Assembly: GCF_001194135.2 (NCBI RefSeq)
Contig: NC_068990.1
Location: 43,774,697-43,838,696 of the forward strand
Length of the DNA stretch: 64,000 bases
Direction: 5' to 3'
Source of the DNA: Octopus bimaculoides
Taxonomy: Eukaryota
The notes under the pieces are model-generated. The model had not been told where the DNA came from. It made no database searches and saw nothing but the letters and a program-made list of their open reading frames with translations. Shown piece after piece: positions 12,906 through 26,430 of the stretch. The stretch's first letter is position 1. Every line of letters begins with the position of its first letter. The position numbers and the translations under genes are program-made.

Positions 12906-13689
12906 CCTCCATTAAATATTTGATAAATATTGCTATTCTTATTTTTGATTCAAAATAAATGGGGAAGAGTCAGAATATACTTAGTAAACAACTCATTTAC
13001 TATCTATATTTTCACCCTGTATATAAATAATTTGTTTTCATAATTGAGATATATTCAACTCATAAATGTCATATCTGATTTGTGTTTCTTATAAAGTCAA
13101 AGTTACGTGCTAATGTCAGAAATTATAATAATTTGGTAACTTAGGCCTTGTGATATAGTAAGGTATAACATAAGAATAACATTAAAATATAGAAAATTTA
13201 AAATTCATAATTATTTAATAAGAATGAGTCAGTTCCATTGTATAATGTGAATTTTCAAGATGGTGTATAGCTGAGCTAAATAAATGATTTGATATGTAAT
13301 GCATGAAAGACAGTCAGAAAGGTGAGTTGTGTGTTAGATAGAAAAGAGAAGAGAGCTGGTGGTTGAAGGTAATTAAAGATGATGTAGGTGAAAATACTTA
13401 AAGGAATTGTTAAACTTTGTCTAAGGGAACTTCAGTTCAGTTTAATCTTCTATGTGAATCCCTAAAACTTAAGAACTACATAACCGATTTCATTCAAATT
13501 TTACTTAGGGTCCATGTAGTGTCATGGGCCCAAAAAATTTTCAACTTCTTGCCTAATGCAAGCCCAGAGCAATCTCTTATCTCTGAAACTATTATCTCAC
13601 ATATACACATGCATACATACATATATGTATATACACCGGCGGTGTAACCAATCCATTTAGGCATACCTTTCTTTCATTGAACCTTTCTT

Positions 13690-14115
13690 TTCATTGAATC
13701 GAATTTGATGACAGCACCGCATGACTGGCATTCATGCTAGTGGAGTGCTAAGAGCACCATCTGAGCGTGATCGTGGCTAAGGCCGCTGCATGGCTCCCAT
13801 GCCGGTGGCACGTAAAAAATACCATTCGAGCATGATCGTTACCAGTGTCGCCTTACTGGCACTTGTGCCAGTGGTACGTGGAAAACACCATTTGAGTGTG
13901 GCCATTGCTAGTACCTCCTGACTAGCCCTCATGCCGGTGGCACGTAAAAGTATCCACTACATTCTCGGAGTGGTTGACATTAGGAAGGCCATCCAGCTGT
14001 AGAAACTCTGCCAGATCAGACTGGAGCCTGGTGTAGCTATTTGGTTCACTAATCCCCAGTCAAACCGTCCAGCCCATGTCAGCATGGAAAGCGGACGTTA
14101 AATGATGATGATGAT
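13690..14115 (+). mobile_element. RTE LINE 3' UTR with internal tandem units and (ATG)n tail
   Basis: Repeated ggtggcacgtaaaa units followed by the standard terminus ...catggaaagcggacgttaaatgatgatg. Confidence 0.85.
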
Positions 14116-14221
14116 GATATATATATACATATATATATATAATGCAAGAGAGTTAGGGGTTGAAGATTCAACCCACTAAGGGATAGTATGTATCCAATAT
14201 ACTGCTGGGAGGGTACCCAAT

Positions 14222-14296
14222 TATTGTTACACTAGTGTTATACCAAGTGTACCCGCTCCCACTTAGTACACTTGATATAACACTAGTGTAACAATA
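14222..14296. repeat. Compact hairpin: 31-bp stem (1 mismatch), 13-nt loop
   Basis: TATTGTTACACTAGTGTTATACCAAGTGTAC-ccgctcccactta-GTACACTTGATATAACACTAGTGTAACAATA. Confidence 0.95.
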
Positions 14297-14835
14297 TATA
14301 TATATATATATATATACATATTATCTATGTATGTGTATATATATATATATATATATTATGTATGTATATGTATATATATTATGTATGTATATGTATATAT
14401 ATTATGTATGTATATATATATATACACTATGTATATATGTATATATATATTATGTATATATATATATATTATGTATGTATGTATGTATATATATATTATG
14501 TATGTATGTATGTATATATATTGTATAGATTTATATGTATATATATGTATGCATGAATATATATATATATATATACACACATATANNNNNNNNNNNNNNN
14601 NNNNNNNNNNNNNNNNNNNNNNNNNNNNNNNNNNNNNNNNNNNNNNNNNNNNNNNNNNNNNNNNNNNNNNNNNNNNNNNNNNNNNNNNNNNNNNNNNNNN
14701 NNNNNNNNNNNNNNNNNNNNNNNNNNNNNNNNNNNNNNNNNNNNNNNNNNNNNNNNNNNNNNNNNNNNNNNNNNNNNNNNNNNNNNNNNNNNNNNNNNNN
14801 NNNNNNNNNNNNNNNNNNNNNNNNNNNNNNNNNNN

Positions 14836-14878
<43 letters not shown>

Positions 14879-14880
14879 GT
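14297..14880. repeat. Compound (TA)n/(TATG)n microsatellite with assembly gap (N 14586-14835)
   Basis: Seen directly; source of the spurious YIYI/MYVC ORFs. Confidence 0.95.
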
Positions 14881-15118
14881 AAGTGTATGTGTGTTTCTCT
14901 TTCTTCACTGCTTGACAGTTGGTGTTGGTTTATTTACATCTCCATAACTTACTGGTTTGACAAAACAAGACTGATAGAATAAGTACCAGGCTTATCAAAA
15001 TAATAAAAAAGCACTGGGGTCGATTCATTTGACAAAAAATACTTCAAAGCAGTGTCTTATATTTTTGTTTGCCCACTCAGTTGCATCTGTCAATATTTCT
15101 GTGTGTATATATATATAT

Positions 15119-15300
15119 CATCCACTACACTCTTGGAGTGGTTGGCGTTAGGTAGGGCATCCAGCTGTAGAAACTCTGCCAGATGAAATTGGAGCCTGGT
15201 GCAACCATCTGGTTCGCCAGTCCTCAGTCAAATCGTCCAACCCATGCCAGCATGGAAAGCGGGTGTTAAACGACGACGACGATGATGATGATGATGATGA
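15119..15300 (+). mobile_element. RTE 3' terminus with (GAC/GAT)n tail
   Basis: Same terminus as the other RTE copies. Confidence 0.8.
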
Positions 15301-15367
15301 AATATATATATATATAAAATACACACACACACACACATATAGACGTATTTATATGTGCATATATATA

Positions 15368-16120
15368 TCTATTATATAAAAGACATTGTCTTTATGTGTG
15401 TTACTTATAGACTCGAAAACTATTGCACCAATCCTAATGAAATTTGGAACACAAAATCCAAGCCTAGGGAGAAGTGTAATGCCGTATGTTTCATACAATT
15501 TTATGGACCAAAATTACTCAATGGATCCTTATGATATTTGGAACTTAGATTCAATGCATAAGGGCGGGTGTAATGCAGTATGTTTGGTTTGAATTTGAGG
15601 TGGTTTAAAGGGGGCAGAACCCCCCATAAAAATTCATAAATTCCCCATGTTGATGAAATTTCAACCATAGGTAATTGACACGCATCAACAAGTATTCCCA
15701 AAGTTTCTGATTCTCATGAGGATTCTAAGACCCCCTAATGGGGGCCTTAACTCCCAAATTTTAGTCATTTTTTATGATCCAAAATTAGGTCAAAAGTACT
15801 GAATGGATCTTTATGAAATTTAGAAATTATATTCTATGCATAAGGACAGATATAATGCAGTATATGTTTTGAAGTGAGGGGGCATAAATGAGGCCATAAC
15901 CCCCATGAAAATTCATATAGTTTTGCAAATGATGAAATTTTAACCATAGATATTAGGCACAAATGAAGTAATATTCCTAAAATTTCAACTTCTTAGGAGT
16001 TAGACCCTTAATGGGAGCTTAACCTCAACAATTTAGACATTTTTCCTAAGCCAAGATGAATACAATTGTAATCTTCGAAACTGTAGAGTCACCCGAGCAT
16101 ACAAGATGAGTGTTATTTGT
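15368..16120 (+). mobile_element. Putative non-autonomous Helitron-like element with two ~282-bp internal tandem units
   Basis: 5' TCTATTATATAAAA...ctattgcaccaatcctaatgaaatttgg. Units restart at 15524 and 15806. Degenerate 3' hairpin cacccgag...gatgagtg then ttatttgt. A related unit sits at ~16660-16929. Confidence 0.5.
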
Positions 16121-17560
16121 AATTCAGTGTAAGAGTTTGCTTTGAGATATACTTAGATTGTAATTTCTGCAATGTGGTGCATAAATTGTCAAGTAAAAGA
16201 GAGGCATCTTTGCCTCCACTGATTCAGTTGCAAAGTGTTATTTTGGGTAAAGTTATTTGGTTGCAGACTTCCTTTGAGTCTTTTTATTATCACAGGGTCA
16301 GAGATAGTCCCCACATGGTAACATTGATTTCAAGGCCTTTCCAGATAAGTGATTGGTCATTCAAAGAGATTTATAGATTGCAAATTTATTCTGTTCAGTT
16401 ACCTATTGGCATAGTGATCATTGGCAAACTCCACAGGTGACACTTTCATTTCCCTTTAGCTCTCACATCACACAGTTGTTAATGTTTATTTGAGTTGGGT
16501 CACGCTCTTCCAATTGCTATAGATCTGTAATGCATCTTATGGCTGTGCCTGTCACCTGTATAATGAGGAATCCTACACTGGGGAGTAGTAATGACTAAGG
16601 TAGGGTAGCTGACTGCTTATTGTGATCATTCATCTTTTGGTTTCCTGTAGCTTTGCTCTCTTTTACAAACCCAGTGAACATTCATATATTTCCGATTTCA
16701 AAGAAATTTGAACAATAGATATAAGACCCAAGTTAAAAAAGATTCCCAACTGTTCAACTTTTCTGGTTGACTCTAAGACCTCCCCCCACAATAGGAGCCT
16801 TAACTCCAACATTTTAAAGCTCCATGTGCTCCATTTTTCAGGAGCAAAAACCTTTGAATAGGTCTTATAAGATTTGGATTTTGGAATCTGGGCATAAAGA
16901 TGAGTAGTATGGGATAAATATGTCATGATNNNNNNNNNNNNNNNNNNNNNNNNNNNNNNNNNNNNNNNNNNNNNNNNNNNNNNNNNNNNNNNNNNNNNNN
17001 NNNNNNNNNNNNNNNNNNNNNNNNNNNNNNNNNNNNNNNNNNNNNNNNNNNNNNNNNNNNNNNNNNNNNNNNNNNNNNNNNNNNNNNNNNNNNNNNNNNN
17101 NNNNNNNNNNNNNNNNNNNNNNNNNNNNNNNNNNNNNNNNNNNNNNNNNNNNNNNNNNNNNNNNNNNNNNNNNNNNNNNNNNNNNNNNNNNNNNNNNNNN
17201 NNNNNNNNNNNNNNNNNNNNNNNNNNNNNNNNNNNNNNNNNNNNNNNNNNNNNNNNNNNNNNNNNCAGCAAGAGAAACTCTACAAGGTATGAAAAATAGC
17301 AACCAAATCTCTTCCTAAAAAGGGAACAACACATTGGATAATGCAGTGCTAAGTACATTTTTTCTGGGAAAAAGAAAAAAAAAGGAGAGAGAAAAGACAG
17401 GATGATTAGGGCCTTAATACTTTTGGTAATAAATTTGCTCAATCATCAAAGCAGTTCTACAGTTAAACATCAAAAACACCCCTCACAATGAAATATCCAC
17501 AAATAGAATTTCAAAAGCAACCAAAGAAATTTAAAGGAAATTTTAATGTTTTTTTTTTTC

Positions 17561-17645
17561 GATGAGGGTCTCTAATTATTGATTTTTTTGATGAGGGTCT
17601 CTAATTATTGATTTTCTTGATGAGGGTCTCTAATTATTGATTTTA
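17561..17645. repeat. 29-bp tandem repeat x3 (GATGAGGGTCTCTAATTATTGATTTTYTT)
   Basis: Units start at 17561, 17590 and 17619. Confidence 0.95.
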
Positions 17646-17751
17646 CTTTCTGTTATCTTGGTGTTGTAATTAATATAACATATGTTTTAACTAATAATAA
17701 ATCAACTTTACTTTCTTCTTTGATTTTGTGTATAGAAAGAAAATGAACAAG

Positions 17752-18095
17752 CAGGTGTGGCTGTGTGGTAAGAAGCTTGCTTCCCAGCCACATGGTTCCG
17801 GATCCAGTCCCAATGTGTGGCACCTTGGGCAAGTGTCTTCTACTATAGCCTTGTGAGTGGATTTGGTAGACGGAAACTGAAAGAAGCCTGTCGTATATAC
17901 ATGTGTGTGCATATGTATATATGCACACTTGACAACCGATGATGGTGTGTTTACGTCCCTATAACTTAGCAGTTCAGCAAAAGAGACCGGCAGAATAAGT
18001 ACTAGGCATATAAAAAAATAAGTCCTGAGGTTGATTTCTTTGACTAAAACCCTTTAAGGCAGTGTTCCATCAGCTGATGACTGAAACATGTAAAA
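17752..18095 (+). mobile_element. SINE family B
   Basis: Head gcaggtgtggctgtgtggtaagaagc...ggttccggatccagtccc; tail gactgaaacatgtaaaag. Confidence 0.8.
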
Positions 18096-18376
18096 GAAGA
18101 ATAGAAGAACAATGCAAAGTTGAAGACTTGCAAAAACTAATGGGAAATCCAAAGACATTCTTGCTGGAAAATCTGAATTTGTTGCAAAATATGATGTCTT
18201 AATTTAATGATTAAAAATAAAGAAAGATGATAGGATTTACAATAAAAATGAATGTAGATTGGGTAAAGTGTTGAAGCAAGAAAGTTTGTTGGTAGTCCAA
18301 TGTCTATCTGTTTGTTGAAAGTGGATAATTTCACTCTGTTAAAAGTTATTTAATCCCAGGTCAGTTACGATGGAGT

Positions 18377-18750
18377 CGTTGGCACTCCGTCGCTTATGAC
18401 GTCGAAGGTTCCAGTTGATCCGATCAACAGAATAACCTGCTCGTGAAATTAACGTGCAAGTGGCTGAGCACTCCACAGACACGTGTACCTTTAACGTAGT
18501 TCTTGGGGATATTCAGAGTGACACAGTGTGACAAGGCTGGCCCTGTGAAATACAGGCACAACAAAAAGTAAGAGTAAGAGAAAGTTGTGAAAGAATACAG
18601 CAGGGTTCGCCACCATCCCCTGCTGGAGCCTCGTGGAGCTTTTAGGTGTTTTTGCTCACTAAACACTCACAACGCCTGGTCTGGGAATCGAAACCATGAT
18701 CCTATGACCGCGAGTCTGCTGCACTAACCACTGGGCCATTGCGCCTCCAC
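18377..18750 (-). mobile_element. tRNA-derived SINE family E, full length, inserted in a family F repeat
   Basis: - strand head GTGGAGGCGCAATGGCCCAGTGGTTAG...GGTTTCGATTCCC (A and B boxes). 11-bp TSD TACGATGGAGT / TATGATGGAGT at 18366-18376 and 18751-18761. Confidence 0.85.
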
Positions 18751-20526
18751 TATGATGGAGTAGACTTATAATCAAAGGTATTTGATTCATGTTTTTGTGT
18801 ACCAAGGACAACGTTGGTCAATGTGTCTTGTCTTTTTTAAGACATTAAGGGATGATTTCTGATAGTCAGAATGCATAGAAGTGAATTAGTTTGAAGCAGG
18901 GCTATTTGGATTTGTATAAAAACTGTATAGAATTATTGATAATCAAAAAGCAATGATGAGAAATATAAAAAAAAGCAAGCAAAAACACGCTATTGCTTGT
19001 GTTCCTCATTAGTCAACAATGTTTAAAACTGTGAGTAATACTAACAATGATATGTATAAATATTATCAGAATTGTTTGGCTTGTTCTTGAACACAATTAC
19101 AGTTTGTTGATTTATCTAATGCCTTTTAATGTATTCATCTTATCTTAAATGTGATATTAAGGATTTAACAGACTTCATATTTGCATATGTATGTTTTTGT
19201 TTATATTTTGTGTCCTTGTATGAAGAGTGTTAAGAAAAATGGTGATGTTTGTTAACATTCCCTGCTAATAAACTGTACTGTTGTTCTGCACCTTTGAAGC
19301 CATGTAGAATCAATAACTCAGTACTTGTAAAACAGGTATGGATTAGTAAGAGGAAGAACATCTGACTGTATAACAGTACCCCAGTACTTGTTCCTCCAAC
19401 ACTTGGTAGCATGGGAAAAATGGACATAAAACAAATCACAAATTGATTGAATAGGCACCTGACTTAAAATAAGTACTGGGGTCAATTTGTTTAATTTAAC
19501 TCTCAAAGGTGATGTCTCAGCATGGCTCCAGTCCAATGACTGAAACAAGTAGAATATATGAATATATGTGTGTGTGTACATACATACATATACACACACA
19601 TTCTGTCAGTCTTTTGAAATCTATGAATATTTAAAACTTTTTATAGATATTTACCCTAATCTATAATTCTTGCAAAATCTTATTAAAAAATAGTCATATA
19701 GTATGTTTATCTAGTGTATATGTTTTTTTTTTTTTTGTAATATTTTGTCTTGTTCTGATTGAGAAACAAATATTCTTGGATTAGTATAAGTAATTATTCA
19801 CTAAAATGTTATTTAAAGTATCTTCTGAAGATTAATTTATGGGCAAACTTAGTTGTATTAGTAAATAATCTTTTGTTGTGAGAAGGTTTTTCCTTTTATC
19901 AGTATCTTTTCCTCTTTTAATTCTACCTCCTGTTGATCAGATGTCTCTAATTGTAACTATTGTTACTGTTGTTTAACTTCAGGTTAAACTTGATTGAGCA
20001 GAAGTTTTGTTAGGTACATTCTATGCATGAACTTGCTGTTTTTAAAGAGTGCTTAAAACTACAATACATTTTCTAATGTTTCTTCTTTGTGCAAGGGTTT
20101 AATTTTACACAGATTAAGCTGCTATTTCTGGCAAGTCACACAATCATTAGGAGTTCCTTTTTGGGGGCATACTAGTACCTACCTATATCAAGTGTAACAA
20201 ATCTTTAGTATCATATGTATACTAATGTACATATTACACTGGTAAGTAAGTCACACTCCCATTTTACATACAATATTCTTGGATTTGTACTTGACTCACA
20301 TATAAGCCACAGGCTGTTTATCAATACTGCTTATATATATGCTAGAATGAAATTTCCATAAAAATTTCAAAACTAAATGCATTTTTACTTTATTATTATT
20401 TCATAAAAGTACATTTAAACATTCTTTGATAGCTCTTCACAAACTATGTAATAATTCCATTATATTTAATCACATAATAATTATATTATCTGCTACAAAA
20501 ACAAAAGCAAAAAAAACAACAAAAAA

Positions 20527-21390
20527 CAGGGTGTTTCGGGTTAAATTTGACAGTGTAAAAAAAAATACAAAAACAATATATGATCCAAAAATAAAAGTAT
20601 TTAGAAAAGATCAAAATATATCAACTGGATTATGGCTGGGAGATAACACTTTACTCAAAATAGCTTCCTTCAGCTTCCACCACACCCTTGAGGCAGTTCT
20701 GGAATCTGGTGCATGCATTTCTCACTGTGTCCCTGAGATCTTCAGACACCTCCTTGATCTTAACCACCATCTCAGCCTTTGTGTTACAGAGCAGAGCAGT
20801 TGGTGTCTTTCTTAGCCATACTTCACACATATAATAATGTATGGAATGATAATCGGGGATTAGGAGGCCAGAAATTGGGCCTGGTGAAGTCATAGAAATT
20901 CTCCGATAATCACTTTTGACTCTTTCTGGTGATATGGCAAGAAGCTAAATCCTACTGCCACACATATAGTCTTCCAACAGCAACCCTCTCCAGCAGCTTC
21001 ACACAGTCACCTGAATTGAGTCAAAGGCTTGTTCAAAGGTGTGGGGATGAATTCCAGTGCGTGGATGCAACATAGAACATCTGTTGTACCTCTTCCGGCT
21101 AACCACAGCTTTGTAGTCACCAGTGCAGCTGTCCATGTCACATCTCACAGCTTTTACAATGTTCACAGAGCATGGAGCAGTAAGCATGATTTTGGCAATT
21201 TGATACCTGGCATGGATCATCATGATACAAGTAACTCTTTTCCAATATGTAGATGGCTTCCAGTCCTTGATATCAGTTACTCAACTACAGATTTCATCTT
21301 TATGCTCCCCAAATGCTATTTACACTAACATATCAAACTCTTCCCGAAAAAAGGCAACATAAAAATCTTCAACTTTAGCCTGAACATCTC
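20527..21390 (-). mobile_element. Internally deleted maT-type (DD37D) Tc1/mariner element, pseudogenised
   Basis: Degenerate TIRs cagggtgtttcgggttaaatttga / tcaactttagcctgaacatct. - strand YVWQ*DLASCHITRKSQK*LSENFYDFTRPNFWPPN..PDYHSIH (37 residues between catalytic positions after correcting one frameshift; last D mutated to H) and C-terminus RNACTRFQNCLKGVVEAEGSYFE*. Confidence 0.8.
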
Positions 21391-24300
21391 CACAACAATT
21401 TAATTATATCAGATAACATTTTCTAGTGTAAAACATGTGCATGTAGCTTTTCAAAGGGAGCAAATGACAATATACAAACAAATGCGTTGCTGTGATCTAT
21501 TTTATTTCCACTTATTAGAAGCAATACTTAATTGTCAAATAGTGATTCAAAGTTTTTGTTTACTCTAAATTATAAGGTCAAAAAATTACCATAATATCTT
21601 GATTATGACTAGTAAATAAATGATTAAAGTGACCTATTTATTTCAATATAAAGTTAAGCAGCAACTATTATTTTATGGAGTACTGGCAATTGAGAGCTAT
21701 GGTAAATGTTATATCAAATGCTGTAATACTATTTAAAGAGAATAATATGAAGCTAATGTCACACATACCCTTAAACGAATGACTGCTTTTGGCATTTACA
21801 ATATACCATATATTTTGTATTGAGATTCTGTAGGTTATGTACATTAGTGATGCTCTAGTTTATACATTGTATATTTTGTGGAAAAAGTTGTGGCTTATAC
21901 ACGAGTATCTTTGGTACACTCAGTATCAATAGAGCAACAAATATTGATGTTATCCAAGAAATAAAGACTAAAGCTCTCTGCTTCTAAATCAGTTTCAATC
22001 CAATTCTGAATATTTTTCGCTTTGTAATTTCCATGTCTGAAAACATCCGCTCTGAAATAGGGAAGCTTGCTATTGTATTCCCAAACCTGTTCTTGAATAA
22101 CTGTCATAACCCTTTAGTCAGTTTAACACCGCTTTAGTGGAGTTTACTCCTTGCAAACATTCTTTAGTTTAAGGATACCCTTCTTCTTTTCATTAGTCTC
22201 AGGAGCTCTGAAAAAGAAAGGGTCTTGGTTGCTGCTCTTCCTTCTCTGAGTAAATGGTAAAAGCTAACAAGCTAAAAACTGTCTTCATGGGACTTCATCT
22301 TTAACTTAGTTGGATTATCAATTTTCTTACTAGATGTTGCACTGATTCCTCATTTGGGGCAAGAAATACTTCAGCCCTGATCAGTTCATGAATCTCTACA
22401 AAACTCAAGAACACAATGTAGTATGGCTCACACATCTGGGATAATAAACACTCTCTCTTACACACACCATATCATAGACCCCATCATAAAGAAAACTAAT
22501 TGCTTGATCAACTCTGATGCACTCACTAGTGTATGTAAAACAATTAGTTCACAAATGTATGCTTTCTCTGTTTTTGCCTCTTCTATTGATACTTTAATGG
22601 TTTCTACACTTTTAGCAAGTGACTTACCCTTTTTTTCTCTCCCTTCACTCTTACTGAGTCTTTTCTCCCAGATCCTGGATGAAACACTCAAGTCTTCTCT
22701 CAGCAGAACTGCAATCCTTCTGAATTTCTCTCCACTTATGTTTTCCTACAGACATTGATCTTGTTGTAGCGAGAGTATGACACCCGCTGACGAGAATAGA
22801 CGGGACCACTACATATAAATGGTAGTGGTCTGACGTAGTCGGCAGTTTGTCATTTAGTCTTCAAAGTCCAGGTGCAGTTTACAGTTCAAGTTAGTGTGTT
22901 GGAAATATTGATTGTTGGTTTGTTATGTGTTTGTTACTGCCACTGTTTTTATTTTGAATGTTTATAACACTGTTACAATCGTCAGCAATATCAACTGTTC
23001 TACAATATTGGAGGCGTAAGGGTACAACAGATTTATAGATGTTCATTGAAATAGAACATCAGTCTTACCAAAAATGTCAGAAAGAGAATGTACCAATATT
23101 TGTTGCTGAGAAACTAGAAACTTAGAAAAATATCTTATCAAGTGCACAGAATTACACAAAAAAGCAATTATCTTAATGTTTAAGAGGGTGAGATGGTTGG
23201 TTAGTTAAGTTGTAATGGTTGTAATTTTTTTGTTTGGTCATATGAAAAAATATTCTAGCTTGTCATTGCTTTTCTATTTGTTATTGGATCGATCCATTTT
23301 GGTTTGCTTAACTCTTGGAAATGTTTCCTTGATTGTTGATTCTGCTTTAACAGAATGTTTTGTTTCTCCTTTTTCTTTTGGTTCTGGTTCTAATTGGATC
23401 CTGAAATAGAATCAAGAGCCATTGGAATTAATTTCAGCTCTTTTAGTGTTTCTCAAGGCAAGACACATTTATTTTAGGTGATATAAAAATTTATTTTAGG
23501 TGATATAAAAATTAAACTACATTGAAAATCCATATAATCTTAGTTGTTATTGTTTCATTAGCAATTGAATATATTAGTGTTTATTTGAAAAGTTTTTCAT
23601 TTGTGGCTCTTTTTGCATTAGCGACTGCAGGAAAATTGTTTTCTGTAGTGCTAGATTTATGAGGGAATCTGCTCTCTATGTCACCCATCAGCCAACTTTC
23701 TCCACTACAAACACTAGTTAGCACTACAATGACTAACTAATTAACACCACTACAAACATGAGCATCACTACAACGGTTTCACCAATATCACTATAGCCAT
23801 TTTGTTCACTGATAATAGTAGCCAGGCTTCCTTAAATTACATCCCACTTTATTGAAAAGAGAGATTCACATAAAATGTAGTTCTATGTATGGATGACTTT
23901 CATAATCATAGGTTGGCTCAGTCAGTGCTAACCTGAGGCTGAACAACAACTACTAACCCATCTATTCTATGGTTACTACAATGACTTGTTCTCTTTTCTA
24001 ACAAGATACATATTCTTGACTAAATATTTCTGATTTAATAACTTTTCTCATTGGGTCAAAGTTGGTCATTCTCTTCTCTAAACCTCTGTATTTTAAAGTT
24101 ACTTATAAACTGCAAATATCATGTATACTTTTGGTATTTTGTCAACTTTCAATATTGCAGAATCAATCAAGCATTTTAGAGTAAAGATAGATTCATAGTC
24201 GTCCAAATATTTTTATAATATTGTACATATACTTAGTGATTTTTCCATCTCTGCTTTGGCTAATATAGTGAATGCTGTGCTTTGCTGAAAATGTCTAATA

Positions 24301-25829
24301 AAACAAAAACATATTTCGATATTTTGTTTTATATCTTTGTCCAAGAAGGAAGGGCTGTACCCATCATCTTTTTCCGGTGTATTTGAGACTGGTTGAAGAA
24401 AATTCTCTTCATACTGGAGACTTGGCTTGGATACATGCAACAAATATGACTCTGCTAAGGGTACCCAAGGACTAGGTAGTGTTAAACCATGCTACAGATG
24501 TAGCTACAGAAATCCACTACTCATGAACAGAAACAGTCTTTTTGATTAGCTTTCACAGTTTCCAATTACCAAATTTAACTTACAGGTCTAGGCCTGTTGA
24601 AGGACACTTGCCTAAGAAACCACATACCTAAAACCATGTAGCTGCATAGCTAATTTCTTAACCACACAATCATATACACTTTCATACTTGCTGAAATAAA
24701 ATGTTATCAATCATTGAGCCATGTCTTCATAGTGTAATCATTTCTAATTAGATTTTTAGCACTGATGTTATTAAGTCTATTTTATTTTATTGTTCTGCAG
24801 AAAATATAGATTTTAGAGACAATGATTAAAAGTATAAGGGTTCATTATGATTTCCTACATACCACCACAAGGTAAACTTCTTCCAACCTAAGTGGTAAAA
24901 TAATTCAATCTGGCTAAACAGCACAGTTTACTTTCATTAGATTGTGTGGTACATGTTTGAATAAGACCTTCATTCATCCAAAGGAAAGCAGCAATTTTCA
25001 ATTTTAATTGGTTTGAGTTAAACAAATTAGAGAAGGAATGTTTTGCATATATATTGGAAGTAAAGTACTTTTTGGTCACAGGTGCAGTGTGAATGAAAAT
25101 TGTTGCTGAGGTTAGAGAAAAAGAAATGAAAGACAATGTCCATGCTCAGTAACCTAATAGTATAGAGACACAGTAAATTGATGTGCTGTTTGACTAGAAC
25201 CTGTATTAAGATCAGATGATAAGAGTGTAAACAATGATCAGTTATGGCATTTGTTACTGTGGCTGAGATCTGTTAAAGATAGATAGATAGGTAGGCAGGC
25301 AGGTGGGTGATTGTGTGTGTGTGTGTGTGTGTATGTGTGAGAGAGTGAGTGATTCCTGCAATTATACCCAGTGCATAAATGAAAGGTACTGTTTGCTTAT
25401 ATGATAAACTGGTGAAAAATGGTGAATTTCACCTGGCTGCATAAGAGTCATTACACCTCCATTATGAATATTGCATCATCATTTTTTTCACTAGTCAAAC
25501 ATACATGGAAACTTTGTAGAGAAACTCTATCTTTGTCAAGCTTAGATAAATAAATAAATAGCATTTATGAGTGAAATATCTCTTATCTATTGTGTTTGTT
25601 TGAAAACATGTAGGAAGATAAACATTTCAATGCATGAAAAAATATAATTTCTGCAGTGGACTGTAAGACATATTGCACGAACATGCGTGCTGATTCAAAA
25701 CATTTACGAAGAGTGGAAACATCAAATAAAAGAGACGTAAAACATAAACATATGTTGGTTACAGTCAATATTATTAGACTGGTACAGCTGGCGCAGAGGG
25801 TAGAGATCCATTTTGATGCTTTTGTAATA

Positions 25830-26430
25830 CAGGGTGTTCAGGCTAAATTTGAGGATTCTTTATGTCTCCTTTTTTTCAACTTGATGTATGGGTGAACAAT
25901 CAATGGCATTGGAAAGCGTAAAGATTTTGAAGTTGTAGCTGAGAAAAAGTTAGCTGACATAAAGGATTGGAAGCCATTTGCATATTGGAAAAGAGTTACC
26001 TGTAACATGATCTTTTGCATTGGGTATCAAAATGCTGACGTCATGACTGCTGCTCAATGCTCTGTGACCACTGTAAAGACTGTAAGATGTGACATGAACA
26101 GCTGCAATGGAGACTATAAAGCCGCAGTTAGTAGGAAGGATCACAACATGTGTTCTGACTGTGTCTGCATGCTGGGGTTCATCCTGTAACGGAAGGACAA
26201 GGTGATGAAAGAGCCAAGCAAGGGAATTCAGGTTTTGTTGAGAGAGATGTGTATTGGAGTTGCCACCATGAAGCTGACCATGGATACAGACCATTGCTAC
26301 TGCTCATACAAGTGCTGACAGCTTAAGCCAAGGACAACTGCTTGACAAAGGCAGAAAACCTCCTGAATGGCTCATCCTCAGTTCTACAGGAGCTGCGAAT
26401 GATCTGGTTCTCAGATGAAATCACAATCTG
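25830..26430 (+). mobile_element. 5' part of a second maT-type element (TIR plus transposase N-terminus to WFSDE)
   Basis: TA|CAGGGTGTTCAGGCTAAATTTGA. Translation homologous to 21000-21330 (VKTVRCDMNSCNGDYKAAVSRK), then KEPSKGIQVLLREM and atctggttctcagatgaa (IWFSDE). Confidence 0.75.

Noticed and set aside
14327-14947. Overlapping Tyr/Ile/Met-rich ORFs on both strands
   Set aside because: Microsatellite plus gap artefact.
21860-22760. Possible LINE ORF1/endonuclease remnants on the - strand
   Set aside because: Similarity is impressionistic (coiled-coil-like and DNINICC segments) with many stops; not supportable by eye.
23466-23512. 22-bp tandem duplication (similar ones at ~60277-60318 and a 14-bp unit at ~27978-28014)
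   Set aside because: Ordinary slippage duplications with no further structure.
24090-24330. Possible very old LINE RT remnant on the - strand (IFTLKCLID...KVYMIF)
   Set aside because: Only one short motif resembles RT, and the neighbouring frames are not interpretable without a profile search.
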